Made by a program: the position numbers and the translations under genes. The notes beneath the pieces are model-generated. The model worked only from the letters and a program-made list of their open reading frames with translations. It was not told the origin of the DNA and made no database searches. From the NCBI GenBank assembly GCA_964472855.1, contig CAYYMJ010000003.1, positions 26,933-90,932 on the forward strand: a stretch of DNA of 64,000 nt, in the 5' to 3' direction. This DNA is from an uncultured Rhodobacterales bacterium. GTDB lineage: Bacteria; Pseudomonadota; Alphaproteobacteria; Rhodobacterales; Rhodobacteraceae. Below are positions 8,869-17,520 of the stretch, one piece after another (positions within the stretch are counted from its first letter, which is position 1; the number at the start of each line of letters is the position of its first letter).

Positions 8869-10343
8869 GCCCGCCGCGCCTGCCGCCGCGCGCTTTGCAG
8901 TGGACCGACATTGTCCAGCGGTCCGGCCGGAACCACGCCGGCATGGGCGAAGGCATAGTCAAATGCCCAATTCGGGCCGGTGATCTTGCGATCGACCAGC
9001 GCGCCGCGCCCGACCACCGTGTCGGGCAGGATGATGCTGTTACGCACGACCGAGCCGCGGGCAGCCACCGCGCCACTGCCCAGCACCGACGGACCAATCA
9101 TCTGGGCGCCGCGTTCCACCCGGGCGCCACGGCCCACGTAGCAAGGGCCATCGACGGTCGCCAGCCGCGAGAATTCGGCGCCGTCTTCGACCCAGATGCC
9201 AGGGTGGATCTGCCGGGCGTCGGGCAAGAGGATGCCGTCGACGCCGCGCAGGCCCTTTTGCAGAACGCTCGCATAGTCACGCCCGCACCCCACGTCATGC
9301 CAGCTGAAGTCGGGCGCCCAGCATTGCACGTGGCCCCCATGTTCAAGCAGTCGCGGCAAGAGATCGGTCGCGATGTCCTGGCCCGCACCCTCGGGCAGAT
9401 AGGAAACCGCCTCGGGGCTGAACACGTAGATCCCCGTGTTGGCCAGTCTTGACCGCGCCTGCGTCTGGTCGGGCTTTTCCTGAAAAGACGTGACCCGGCC
9501 TTCGCCGTCACGGCAAATGATGCCGTATTTCGAGACCTGGTCTTCGGGCACGGTCTGGGCGGCGATGGTGGCAATGGCCCCGGTGTCGCGGTGGTGGGCG
9601 ATCAGTTGGGCGATGTCGAGGTCAACGACCGCGTCGCCGCAAAGCACCAGAAACTCGCGATCGAACAGGGCATGGTCACGGTCGAGCTTTTGCAGGGTCG
9701 AGGCCGACCCAAGCGGCCGTGCACACCAGCCATCCGGGCCGTTATGACCTTCGCGCAGAAACAGCAACGACCGGGTGTCGGACGGTCCCTGGCGGAAGTG
9801 GTCGATGATCTGCTGGCCCAGGTGGCCGGGGTTCAGCGCAAAGTCACGAATGCCAAAAGTTTCGAGGTGACGGACAATGCGCTCGACCACCGGGCGCCCG
9901 AGAATGTCGAGCATGGGCTTGGGATAGATCTCGGACAGGGGCGCAATGCGCGAGCCACGCCCGGCGCAAAGAACCACGGCGCGCACGCCGCGCAAACGAA
10001 ACCGGCGAATGGCGATATCCGACAGGGCCGCGTCGACCGACGGGTAGATCGGCAGGCCCGGGCGCAGGCTGACGCGGTCGACCAGTTGCAGAACCTGCTG
10101 GCCCAGCGCACAGAAGCCGAAACAGATGGATTTGTTGATGGCCATCAGTTCGACCAGGCCGGCAAGCCCGCCGTAGGTCACGCGCCTGACGCGGCTGAAA
10201 TCGATCAGGATCGCGCGCTTGCCCTGCAGGCTCAGCCGGGCGCTGATTTCGGTCAGCGGACCGAAAAGATCGGCCTCGAGCTTGCGGGCCCGCAATTTCA
10301 GCACCGCGATATTGTCGTTGCGGGGTTCGACATCAACCAACAT
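8865..10343 (-). CDS. STAS-domain / sugar-1-phosphate nucleotidyltransferase fusion protein
   Basis: N-terminal ~110 aa look STAS-like (NIAVLKLRARKLEADLFGPLTEISARL...ILIDFSRVRRVTYGGLAGLVEL). This is followed by the nucleotidyltransferase motif VVLCAGRGSRIAPLS..YPKPML and a C-terminal hexapeptide-repeat-like region (GARVERGAQMIGPSVLGSGAVAARGSVVRNSIILPDTVVGRGALV). The start is either ATG 10343 (abuts the upstream stop at 10345) or the track start 10382. Confidence 0.85.
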   Translation of the reverse strand: MLVDVEPRNDNIAVLKLRARKLEADLFGPLTEISARLSLQGKRAILIDFSRVRRVTYGGLAGLVELMAINKSICFGFCALGQQVLQLVDRVSLRPGLPIYPSVDAALSDIAIRRFRLRGVRAVVLCAGRGSRIAPLSEIYPKPMLDILGRPVVERIVRHLETFGIRDFALNPGHLGQQIIDHFRQGPSDTRSLLFLREGHNGPDGWCARPLGSASTLQKLDRDHALFDREFLVLCGDAVVDLDIAQLIAHHRDTGAIATIAAQTVPEDQVSKYGIICRDGEGRVTSFQEKPDQTQARSRLANTGIYVFSPEAVSYLPEGAGQDIATDLLPRLLEHGGHVQCWAPDFSWHDVGCGRDYASVLQKGLRGVDGILLPDARQIHPGIWVEDGAEFSRLATVDGPCYVGRGARVERGAQMIGPSVLGSGAVAARGSVVRNSIILPDTVVGRGALVDRKITGPNWAFDYAFAHAGVVPAGPLDNVGPLQSARRQARRA

Positions 10344-10344
10344 T

Positions 10345-11478
10345 TCAGGTGATCTCCGCTGTCTGGGTGTTGCGACGGCCAAGGCGCGGCAGGGGGCCCA
10401 GCCCGATGGTCCAGGCGATCAGGGGAATTCGGCCCATGATGGCCACCAGGATCGACGTTGTCGTAAGCGTCCAGACGATCTTGATCAGCACTTGCAGGGT
10501 CGGCGTCAGCGCGACGTTGCTTAGCGCGATTTCCGCCAGGTCGAGGAAGATCGGGTGACACAGGTAGATGCCGAATGAATAGGGTGCCAGCCGGGACAGG
10601 ATGGGCGGCCAGCGGCGATGCGCCAGCGACATGCAGCCGGCAAACAGCGCCACCGGCATCAGGAAATCGGCCCAGTAACCGGCGGTATAGTTGAAGGGCC
10701 ACGCACCGGATTCGATGGTCTTGTAGCTGGCCACCAGTTTGAGCGTGAACAGCGCCAGGCCGATGTAAAGCGCCGGCAGAAACCACTCTCGCCCGTCGGT
10801 GGCGCGCAAGCGATCCCAAAGGCCCAGCGCCGCGGCGGCGGCAAAGCCATAGCCCGCATAGGTCAGAACCTTGACGGCCCGAACCGCGAATTCCAGCCAG
10901 GCGGCGTCGTAAAATGTGCCATAAAGAAAGCCGTCGAGCTCGCGCTTGACCAGCAGGCAGACGATCACGGCCATCCCGAATTGCGGATACTTCCGGGCCA
11001 CGCGGAACAGCGGATACATCAGCACCAGAAGAAACAGCGTCGGAAGAAAGTGCATGTGGAATTTCACGCTGCCCAGCGTGGCATATCCCAACAGGGCGAC
11101 CGGGTCCGTCAGGTCGGCCAGCCGCGCGTCAAGATACCCAAAATAGTCTGCCTTTATAAGGGTGTAAAAGACGTAAAACACCGTCCAGAATGCGAAGGGC
11201 ACCAGCAGCCTGCGCACCTGAACAGCGATGGTCTGGCGATAGGTGGCGGGGCGCCGGTCCAGCGACATCAGCAGCAGGAAGACCGAGATCATCAGAAACA
11301 GCTCGGTCCGGGCGGTATAAAGGACCGCCCGCAGCAGGATCGGGCCGGTTCGCTCGGCCAGAGAATAGTCGACCCATGGCAAACCGCTGGAATCCGCCGT
11401 CGAATGCAGCCCGACCATTGACAGCCCCGCCGCAAGGCGCAGGGCATCGAGCCAAACCAGTCTTTCTTTTTCAGCCAT
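10345..11478 (-). CDS. Acyltransferase family 3 (OpgC/OafA-like) integral membrane protein
   Basis: Start chosen at ATG 11478 (MAEKERLVWLDALRLAAGLSMVGLH, typical acyltransferase-3 N-terminus) rather than the track start 11685. About 10 hydrophobic helices across 377 aa. Confidence 0.8.
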   Translation of the reverse strand: MAEKERLVWLDALRLAAGLSMVGLHSTADSSGLPWVDYSLAERTGPILLRAVLYTARTELFLMISVFLLLMSLDRRPATYRQTIAVQVRRLLVPFAFWTVFYVFYTLIKADYFGYLDARLADLTDPVALLGYATLGSVKFHMHFLPTLFLLVLMYPLFRVARKYPQFGMAVIVCLLVKRELDGFLYGTFYDAAWLEFAVRAVKVLTYAGYGFAAAAALGLWDRLRATDGREWFLPALYIGLALFTLKLVASYKTIESGAWPFNYTAGYWADFLMPVALFAGCMSLAHRRWPPILSRLAPYSFGIYLCHPIFLDLAEIALSNVALTPTLQVLIKIVWTLTTTSILVAIMGRIPLIAWTIGLGPLPRLGRRNTQTAEIT

Positions 11479-11621
11479 CAGGGTTCCCGTTCCGTTTTCC
11501 GGCAACCTGTCAGCCGACTCCCAAAAATTGGTAAACCGCGCCCCAACTTTTTCACCCGGCCGACCACAACGATTCCTTAAGCCTTCCCGGTCATGACTTG
11601 GCCCGAAAGGGATGCCCGCGA

Positions 11622-12149
11622 ATGAGCAGAATTGCCTTGATCCTGTTGCTGGTGCTTGCACCCGACAGCCTTGCCGCCCAGGCACTTTCGGCCAATGACT
11701 GCGCCGAAATCCGCGCCGCCTATGGCATAATCCCCCAAGGGTGCCCGGCTGTCGCCGACGTGGCCGCCCCGGTGCGCGCGTTGTCAGAACCGGCCCCGTC
11801 GGATCGCGAAAGCCATATCTTCTTTCCGCACGGCGGCAGCCGGGTCGACCCGGCCGGCGCGGCCCAGATCGAACGGTTGGCCGCGGTTCTGGAATCGCCT
11901 CCTGTGGCGGGCCTGTGCATCCGCCTGACCGGGCACTCTGACGTCTCCGGCGCGGCGGCGGTCAACGTGCGGATCTCGCGGCGCCGGGCCGAGGCCGTGG
12001 CGACCGCGCTGCGGCCGCTGATGGCCGACAATACCCGCATAACCGAGGTGCGGGGCCTGGGCGAAGCCGAACCGCTGCCCTCGATCGACCCGACCAGTTC
12101 CTGGCAACGCCGCGTGGCAATCGAACTGGGGCGCTGTCCGCCGGTCTGA
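11622..12149 (+). CDS. OmpA-like (peptidoglycan-associating) domain protein with signal peptide
   Basis: Start moved to ATG 11622 (MSRIALILLLVLAPDSLAAQA). OmpA C-terminal motif LTGHSDVSGAAAVNVRISRRRAEAVATAL. Divergent from the glycan operon. Confidence 0.75.
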   Translation: MSRIALILLLVLAPDSLAAQALSANDCAEIRAAYGIIPQGCPAVADVAAPVRALSEPAPSDRESHIFFPHGGSRVDPAGAAQIERLAAVLESPPVAGLCIRLTGHSDVSGAAAVNVRISRRRAEAVATALRPLMADNTRITEVRGLGEAEPLPSIDPTSSWQRRVAIELGRCPPV

Positions 12150-12207
12150 CCGCGAAACCGTTGGACCGTTCCGCGCGCCATGCCTAAGCTGGCGGCGGAG
12201 GACGCAG

Positions 12208-13002
12208 ATGACCGACACCAAACCCGCTGTCGAGCTTGACGCCGCAGAAGAGCTTGTCGACCTGCCGGAAATTGGCGACCGCGAACGGTATGACCAGTTG
12301 ATGCAGACCATCCGCAACCGGGTGACGGTGCGGAAATTCGACCCCGAATTCACGGTGCCCGACGACCATTACACCCTGATCCTTGAAGCCGCGCGCCACG
12401 CCCCGTCGGGGGCCAATGCGCAGCCATGGCAATTCATCGTGGTGCGGGAACAGGCGACCAAGGACGCCATCACCGAATATTTCGTGGCCGAGCAGCGATT
12501 TCGCGCCAAGGCCAAGATGAAATTTCCCACGCCCGACTATCGCGGGCTGGCCAGCGCGCCCGGGTTCGTCGTGGTGTGTTCCGACATGCGATGGGTCAAT
12601 GCCTTTCCGGTGCTGAACGACGGCAGCGATCTGGACCGCATGTATCGCGAAAACGCCGAACGCATCTTGCTGCAGTCGGTGGCCGCGGCAACCATGTCGG
12701 CGCATCTGGCGGCGGCGGCGCTGGGCTATAACGTCTGGTGGGTGACCGCGATCGGGCAGGAACAGGCGCAGGCGGCCATGCGCCCCCTGCTGGGCATCCC
12801 CGATGAGATCTCGGTGCTCGACATCTTCCTGTTTGGTCCGCCGGCCGCCCGGCCCTACAAGCGGTTCCGCCGCGCGATGGGGGAAATCGCGCATTTCGAC
12901 CGCTACGACGCCAGCCATTTCATGTCGGACGCCGAGCTTGACGACTGGATTCGCAAGCGCCGCCACCGGGTCATGTACAAGGATGCCAGCCGGATCGACT
13001 GA
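12208..13002 (+). CDS. Nitroreductase family protein
   Basis: 264-aa ORF with VRKFDPEFTVPDDHYTLILEAARHAPSGANAQPWQFIVV, typical of the NAD(P)H-flavin nitroreductase fold. Confidence 0.85.
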   Translation: MTDTKPAVELDAAEELVDLPEIGDRERYDQLMQTIRNRVTVRKFDPEFTVPDDHYTLILEAARHAPSGANAQPWQFIVVREQATKDAITEYFVAEQRFRAKAKMKFPTPDYRGLASAPGFVVVCSDMRWVNAFPVLNDGSDLDRMYRENAERILLQSVAAATMSAHLAAAALGYNVWWVTAIGQEQAQAAMRPLLGIPDEISVLDIFLFGPPAARPYKRFRRAMGEIAHFDRYDASHFMSDAELDDWIRKRRHRVMYKDASRID

Positions 13003-13048
13003 ACCGCGCGCCCGCGCGTTGCAGCGTTTCACGTTCAACCCGATCCCA

Positions 13049-13174
13049 GTGGATCGAATCTGACGTTTCGAGCCACCGGTATTTTCACTATGCATCAACT
13101 AATCAAAACATTTGAATGGTTTATGATCAAAGCCTGCGCCCGGAGGCGGGATTCAAATGTTTCGGTCGATCCAC
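13049..13174 (+). repeat. 126-bp MITE-like element, copy L, with its own perfect 9-bp terminal inverted repeats
   Basis: Aligns without gaps to the reverse complement of 17521-17646 with 10 mismatches over the 125 compared positions (hand alignment). Ends are GTGGATCGA...TCGATCCAC. AT-rich core (tcactatgcatcaactaatcaaaacatttgaatggtttatgatcaaa) with an internal inverted repeat aaacatttgaat / attcaaatgttt. Confidence 0.9.
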
Positions 13175-13250
13175 TAGGAGGCATCGGCTGACGCGATGGA
13201 ATCGGCGGTTTCAGGCGGCGTCGGGCGGGTTTGCTTCACCGCGAAACGCG

Positions 13251-14558
13251 TCAGCCAAACATCGTGTCGGGCAGCAGCAGGGCCAGGGCCGGGAACAGCA
13301 GCACCAGGATGACGGCAGCCAGCATCGCAAACCAGAATGGCCAGATGCCGCGAAAGATCGTGCCCATGGGCACGCCCGGGGCTATGCCTTTGACCACGAA
13401 CACGTTCACGCCGACGGGGGGCGAGATCAGCCCCATTTCCAGCACGATCACCATCAACACGCCGAACCAGATCATGTTGATGCCAAGCGGTTCCAGGATC
13501 GGCTGGATCAGCGGCACCGTCAGCACCAGAATGGCGAAACCGTCCATGAACATGCCAAGCACGATGAAGATGCCCAGGAACGCAACGACCACCTGCATGC
13601 CCGACAGGCCCAGCCCCTCGACCCACAGCGACAGCGCATAGGTGATGCCGGTAAAGCCGATGAAGGTCTTGAACACGAAGGCGCCGAACAGGATCAGGAA
13701 CACCGTCCCCGACGATTTCAGGGTGCTGGCGAACACCTCTTTCATGTTGGCCCAGGTCACGGCCCGGCGGATGGCGGTGACGATGAAGGCCAGAAAGGCG
13801 CCGATGCCCGCGGCCTCGACTGCCGAAAACACGCCGGTATAGATGCCGCCGATGGTCAGCAGGATGATGGCGACGATCCAGCCGGCCCGCGCCAACGCAC
13901 GCAGACGCGCCGCCATGTCGGCCCGGCTGTTGTCTTGCGGTGCCTTGGACGGATCGCGGCTGACGGTGATCCAGATGGCAAGGATGAACAGCGACGTCAG
14001 CACCAGGCCCGGAATGATCCCGGCCATGAACAGCCGGCCAATCGATTCCTCGGTCAAAATCGCATAGATCACAAAGCCCGCCGACGGCGGGATCAGGATG
14101 CCAAGCGTTCCGCCGGCGGCAATGGCACCGGTGGCCAGCCCGTTGTCATAGCCAAAACGCTGCATCTCGGGCAGGCTGACCCGCCCCATGGTCAGCGCCG
14201 CCGCCAGCGACGATCCCGAAAGCGCCGAGAAGCCGGCGCAGCCCACCACGGTGGCCGAGGCCAGCCCGCCCTTGAGATGACCCAGCCAGCTGTGGGCGGC
14301 GTCATACAGGTCGCGGCTCATCCCCGAAACCCCGGCCAGATTGCCCATCAGCACGAACAGCGGGATGATGGTCAGCGGATAATTCGACGCCTCGTTGAAT
14401 ATCTCGCCGGCCAGCTTGGGTATAGCGGCCTGCGACCGCACCATCCAGATGCCCAGCGTGCCCACCAGCAGCATGGCGATGCCAACCGGCATGCGGATGA
14501 ACAACAGCAGAAACAGCAGGCCGAAACCGGCCAGGGCAAGGGTTGCACCGTCCATCAT
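13251..14558 (-). CDS. TRAP transporter large permease (DctM family)
   Basis: Highly hydrophobic ~435-aa product. Start set at ATG 14558 (MMDGATLALAGFGLLFLLLF), overlapping the DctQ stop in an ATGA. Typical DctM blocks (GIAMLLVGTLG, PPSAGFVIYAILTEESIGRLFMAGIIPG). Confidence 0.9.
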   Translation of the reverse strand: MMDGATLALAGFGLLFLLLFIRMPVGIAMLLVGTLGIWMVRSQAAIPKLAGEIFNEASNYPLTIIPLFVLMGNLAGVSGMSRDLYDAAHSWLGHLKGGLASATVVGCAGFSALSGSSLAAALTMGRVSLPEMQRFGYDNGLATGAIAAGGTLGILIPPSAGFVIYAILTEESIGRLFMAGIIPGLVLTSLFILAIWITVSRDPSKAPQDNSRADMAARLRALARAGWIVAIILLTIGGIYTGVFSAVEAAGIGAFLAFIVTAIRRAVTWANMKEVFASTLKSSGTVFLILFGAFVFKTFIGFTGITYALSLWVEGLGLSGMQVVVAFLGIFIVLGMFMDGFAILVLTVPLIQPILEPLGINMIWFGVLMVIVLEMGLISPPVGVNVFVVKGIAPGVPMGTIFRGIWPFWFAMLAAVILVLLFPALALLLPDTMFG

Positions 14559-15088
14559 TCTTCCAATTCGTTGGGGTCGCGAGGTTGCCGCCAATGGGCA
14601 AGCCCCATCAGCAGATGCACAAGCATCTGCAACCCATAGATACCCATGGCCACCCCAAGGACATAGTAATACGGCCGGTGCACGATGCTGAAATTGCCGG
14701 TTATGCAGGCCTTTTCCATGCCGCAGGCCCGGGTGAACAGGCCCCAGACGGCCAGCGCGCAGATCGCCACCGTCAGCGTGCGCATGGCAGCATCGGTATA
14801 GCGGGTGACGCCGCGGCCGGCGAAATAGGTCAGAAGATTCACGCTGACATGGGCGCCGGTGCGCCCGCCATAGGCCACGGCGCCGGCAACCACGATGGTC
14901 AGCGTGATGATCGAAAGATCCTCGATCCCGAAGATCGGGTTGTTCAGGCCATAGCGCCAGACCACGGCCACGATGGTGATGCCAACCAGCCCCACCGCCG
15001 CCAGCGACCCCACGACAGCAAGCAGCCCGGCCATGCGGCCGAGCTGCCTGTCACACCAGACCAGATAAGCCGGTGTGTCTTTGCCCAA
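14555..15088 (-). CDS. TRAP transporter small permease (DctQ family)
   Basis: 177-aa ORF with 4 TM helices, positioned between the DctP and DctM genes. Confidence 0.85.
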   Translation of the reverse strand: MGKDTPAYLVWCDRQLGRMAGLLAVVGSLAAVGLVGITIVAVVWRYGLNNPIFGIEDLSIITLTIVVAGAVAYGGRTGAHVSVNLLTYFAGRGVTRYTDAAMRTLTVAICALAVWGLFTRACGMEKACITGNFSIVHRPYYYVLGVAMGIYGLQMLVHLLMGLAHWRQPRDPNELEE

Positions 15089-15091
15089 GGC

Positions 15092-16072
15092 TTACTGGCC
15101 CATCATCAGCGACATGACATCGCCCACGGTGGTGTCGCCGATCGCTTCGTCCTTGGCGGCGGCGATGGCCGGGGCCAGAGCCGCGTTCCAGCGGGCCTTT
15201 TCTTCGTCGCTGAGGTCGATGATCTCGACGCCGCCTTCGGCCGCGATCTGCAGACCACGGGCCGCGGCCCGGTCATAGAATGTGCCGCCGGCCATGGACA
15301 ACGACGCATCCGACGCGGCGCTGACCCAGCCTTGCTGTTCTTCGCTCAGGCTGTTCCAGACATCGTTGTTCATCAGCAGCACGAACGCCGACCCCGAGCC
15401 CGGGAACCATGTGGTCAGGTAATTGGCGGGCTCGTGCAGCTTGAACGAACCGATGGCCGACGGCCCGATGGCGATGGCGTCGATCACACCATTGGCTAGG
15501 TTCTGGTTGATCACGTTGACCGGCTGGGCCACGGCCGAGGCACCCAGCGCCTCGACAAAGGGCACGTCCTGCTTCGAGGTTACCCGCACCTTCATGCCGG
15601 CCAGATCCTCGAGCGTGCGCACAGGCGTGTCGCGCGTCAGCAGGATCGGCGGAGCATTGGCCCAGATCGCCAGCAGCTTGGCGTTGTATTCGCCTTCCAG
15701 CAGGTCGCGGGCCCGCAACAGCGCCTCGGTACAGGCGACCGAACTGGTGCAGACGTCCGGCAGCGTGACGACATTGGTCAGCGGGAACACGTCACCGGTA
15801 TAGCCGGGCAGCGTGAAAACGATGTCGGCGACGCCGTCCAGCAGAATCGCATACTGTTTCGGCGGAACCGAATTCAGCGCCCCGCCCGGAAACTGGCGAA
15901 CCGTCATTTCGCCGCCCGACACTTCGGCCAGCTTGTCCGCGAACGGTGTGAACACGGCGGCGTTCATCGGGTGTTTCGGTCCCATGAAATAGGCCAACGA
16001 CAGTTCCGACGCGCCGGCCGCGCCCCCGAACGCCAAGGCGGCGCCGACGGCAAGCCCCAGGAATTTCCGCAT
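15092..16072 (-). CDS. TRAP transporter substrate-binding protein (DctP family)
   Basis: Start moved from 16366 to ATG 16072 (MRKFLGLAVGAALAFGGAAGASE signal peptide). DctP-type sequence LSLAYFMGPKHPMN...QFPGGALNSVPPKQY. Confidence 0.9.
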   Translation of the reverse strand: MRKFLGLAVGAALAFGGAAGASELSLAYFMGPKHPMNAAVFTPFADKLAEVSGGEMTVRQFPGGALNSVPPKQYAILLDGVADIVFTLPGYTGDVFPLTNVVTLPDVCTSSVACTEALLRARDLLEGEYNAKLLAIWANAPPILLTRDTPVRTLEDLAGMKVRVTSKQDVPFVEALGASAVAQPVNVINQNLANGVIDAIAIGPSAIGSFKLHEPANYLTTWFPGSGSAFVLLMNNDVWNSLSEEQQGWVSAASDASLSMAGGTFYDRAAARGLQIAAEGGVEIIDLSDEEKARWNAALAPAIAAAKDEAIGDTTVGDVMSLMMGQ

Positions 16073-16322
16073 GGTCGATTCTCCCTTTTGTCCTGACCGT
16101 TGACACTTGCCATCAGGCGGACACGGTCGATTGCAGGCCAAGGTTACGCGGGAAAATGCGGTCCACAAAGCAAATTGGCGTGCGCCGTTGCGTAGACAAC
16201 CAGCCGTTTGCGCACGCGCACCGGCGCAGATGCGGGGCCGGTCGCGCCCGGCAGCCCCGGTTTCAGGCCCCGACGCCAGCGGCCACCACGCGCGCAAAAG
16301 GGTGGCCGGAACGCCGGCCGGA

Positions 16323-17267
16323 TCAGCCGCGCGCCGCCCGCTGCCGCGCCACGTCGCGCGCAACAAGGTCGCGGTAAAGTTCGCGCAATTTCAGCGTCAC
16401 GGGCCCCGCCCCCTGCCCGTTGCCGATGGTCCGGCCGTCGATTTCGGCCACCGGGGTCTGGGCGCCGAAGGTGCCGGTCAGAAAGGCTTCGTCGGCGCCA
16501 TAGGCTTCGTAGAGCGAGAAATTCTTCTCGCGCACCGCAATGGCGTTTTCCCGGCAAAGGTCGATGATCTTCTGCCGGGTCACACCGTTCATGCAATAGT
16601 CGCCGGTCGAGGTCCAAACCTCGCCACGGCGCACGATGAAGAAGTTGCAGGCGTTGGTGGTGTTCACAAAGCCATGCGGGTCCAGCATCAGCGCCTCGTC
16701 GGCGCCGGCCTGCTCGGCCTGCAGGCAGGCGATGACGCAGTTCAGCTTGGAATGGCTGTTGAATTTCGGATCCTGGCTGGTGGGCAACCCGCGCACCTGC
16801 GGCACCGACGCCAGCCGGATACCGCTGTTCAGAAGATGCGCCGCCGGCCTTGAATGCTCGACAATCGCCACGACGGTCGGCCCGAACCGGCTGAGCGCCG
16901 GGTGCTGAAACGGCTTGGCCTTGCGCCCGCGCGTGACCATCAGGCGGCAGTGGGCGTCGGTCGTGATGCCGTTGGCCCGGGCGGTGCGGTCAAGAATGGC
17001 GCGCAGCCCGTCCCGGCCATGCCCGATGTCCAGCGCCACCGCCTTGCAGCTGTCAAACAGCCGGTCCATGTGGTCGTCGAAAAAGGCCCACTGGCCATCG
17101 TAAAGGCGCAGCCCTTCCCACATGCCGTCGCCCAGCAGGAAGCCGCTGTCATAAACCGACACCACCGCCTGCGCCTTGGGAACGATGTCACCGTTCACAT
17201 AGATCACGATGTCGTCGTTGCGCGGGTCGGTGTCCGCGTCATGGGTGCTGGGGGCTTGATCGATCAT
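16323..17267 (-). CDS. Class IV aminotransferase (branched-chain / D-amino-acid aminotransferase fold)
   Basis: 314-aa ORF with VSVYDSGFLLGDGMWEGLRLYDG...FFDDHMDRL, typical of fold-type IV PLP enzymes. Confidence 0.85.
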   Translation of the reverse strand: MIDQAPSTHDADTDPRNDDIVIYVNGDIVPKAQAVVSVYDSGFLLGDGMWEGLRLYDGQWAFFDDHMDRLFDSCKAVALDIGHGRDGLRAILDRTARANGITTDAHCRLMVTRGRKAKPFQHPALSRFGPTVVAIVEHSRPAAHLLNSGIRLASVPQVRGLPTSQDPKFNSHSKLNCVIACLQAEQAGADEALMLDPHGFVNTTNACNFFIVRRGEVWTSTGDYCMNGVTRQKIIDLCRENAIAVREKNFSLYEAYGADEAFLTGTFGAQTPVAEIDGRTIGNGQGAGPVTLKLRELYRDLVARDVARQRAARG

Positions 17268-17344
17268 GCAGGCTCACCGTTGGGCTTTGGCCCGACGTGA
17301 CGCCATTTGCGCGCAACCGTCCAGCGAAAACCCGTGCCGGTCCG

Positions 17345-17503
17345 TCAGGTGCGCAGACCAGTCGCGTTGTCAAAGGTGTGAATCAGCGCCGGGTCGATGT
17401 TGAAATGCATCGCGTCGCCCATCTTCCCGGCCCGGGGCCCTGCCGTCCCGGTGATGAATTCCCGGCCCTCGCGGCCTGCCACCAACGGCGGCGCGAGGTG
17501 GTC
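17345..17503 (-). pseudogene. 3' remnant of a MalK/UgpC-type sugar ABC ATPase (C-terminal regulatory/TOBE region only)
   Basis: My translation gives DHLAPPLVAGREGREFITGTAGPRAGKMGDAMHFNIDPALIHTFDNATGLRT*. Compare the C-terminus of the intact ATPase at 60886-61965 (...KSGDKITIGFDPAQASMFDDKTEHRL*). Two in-frame stops lie immediately upstream and the fragment abuts repeat copy R. No Walker motifs or 5' part are nearby. Confidence 0.5.
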
Positions 17504-17520
17504 TCATCAGGCATCAACTC

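Noticed and set aside
13116-14639. 507-aa plus-strand ORF, strikingly His/Asp/Gln/Arg-rich
   Set aside because: It is antisense to the DctM permease. Codons for the hydrophobic residues of DctM read in reverse give the charged low-complexity pattern. It also starts inside the 126-bp repeat.
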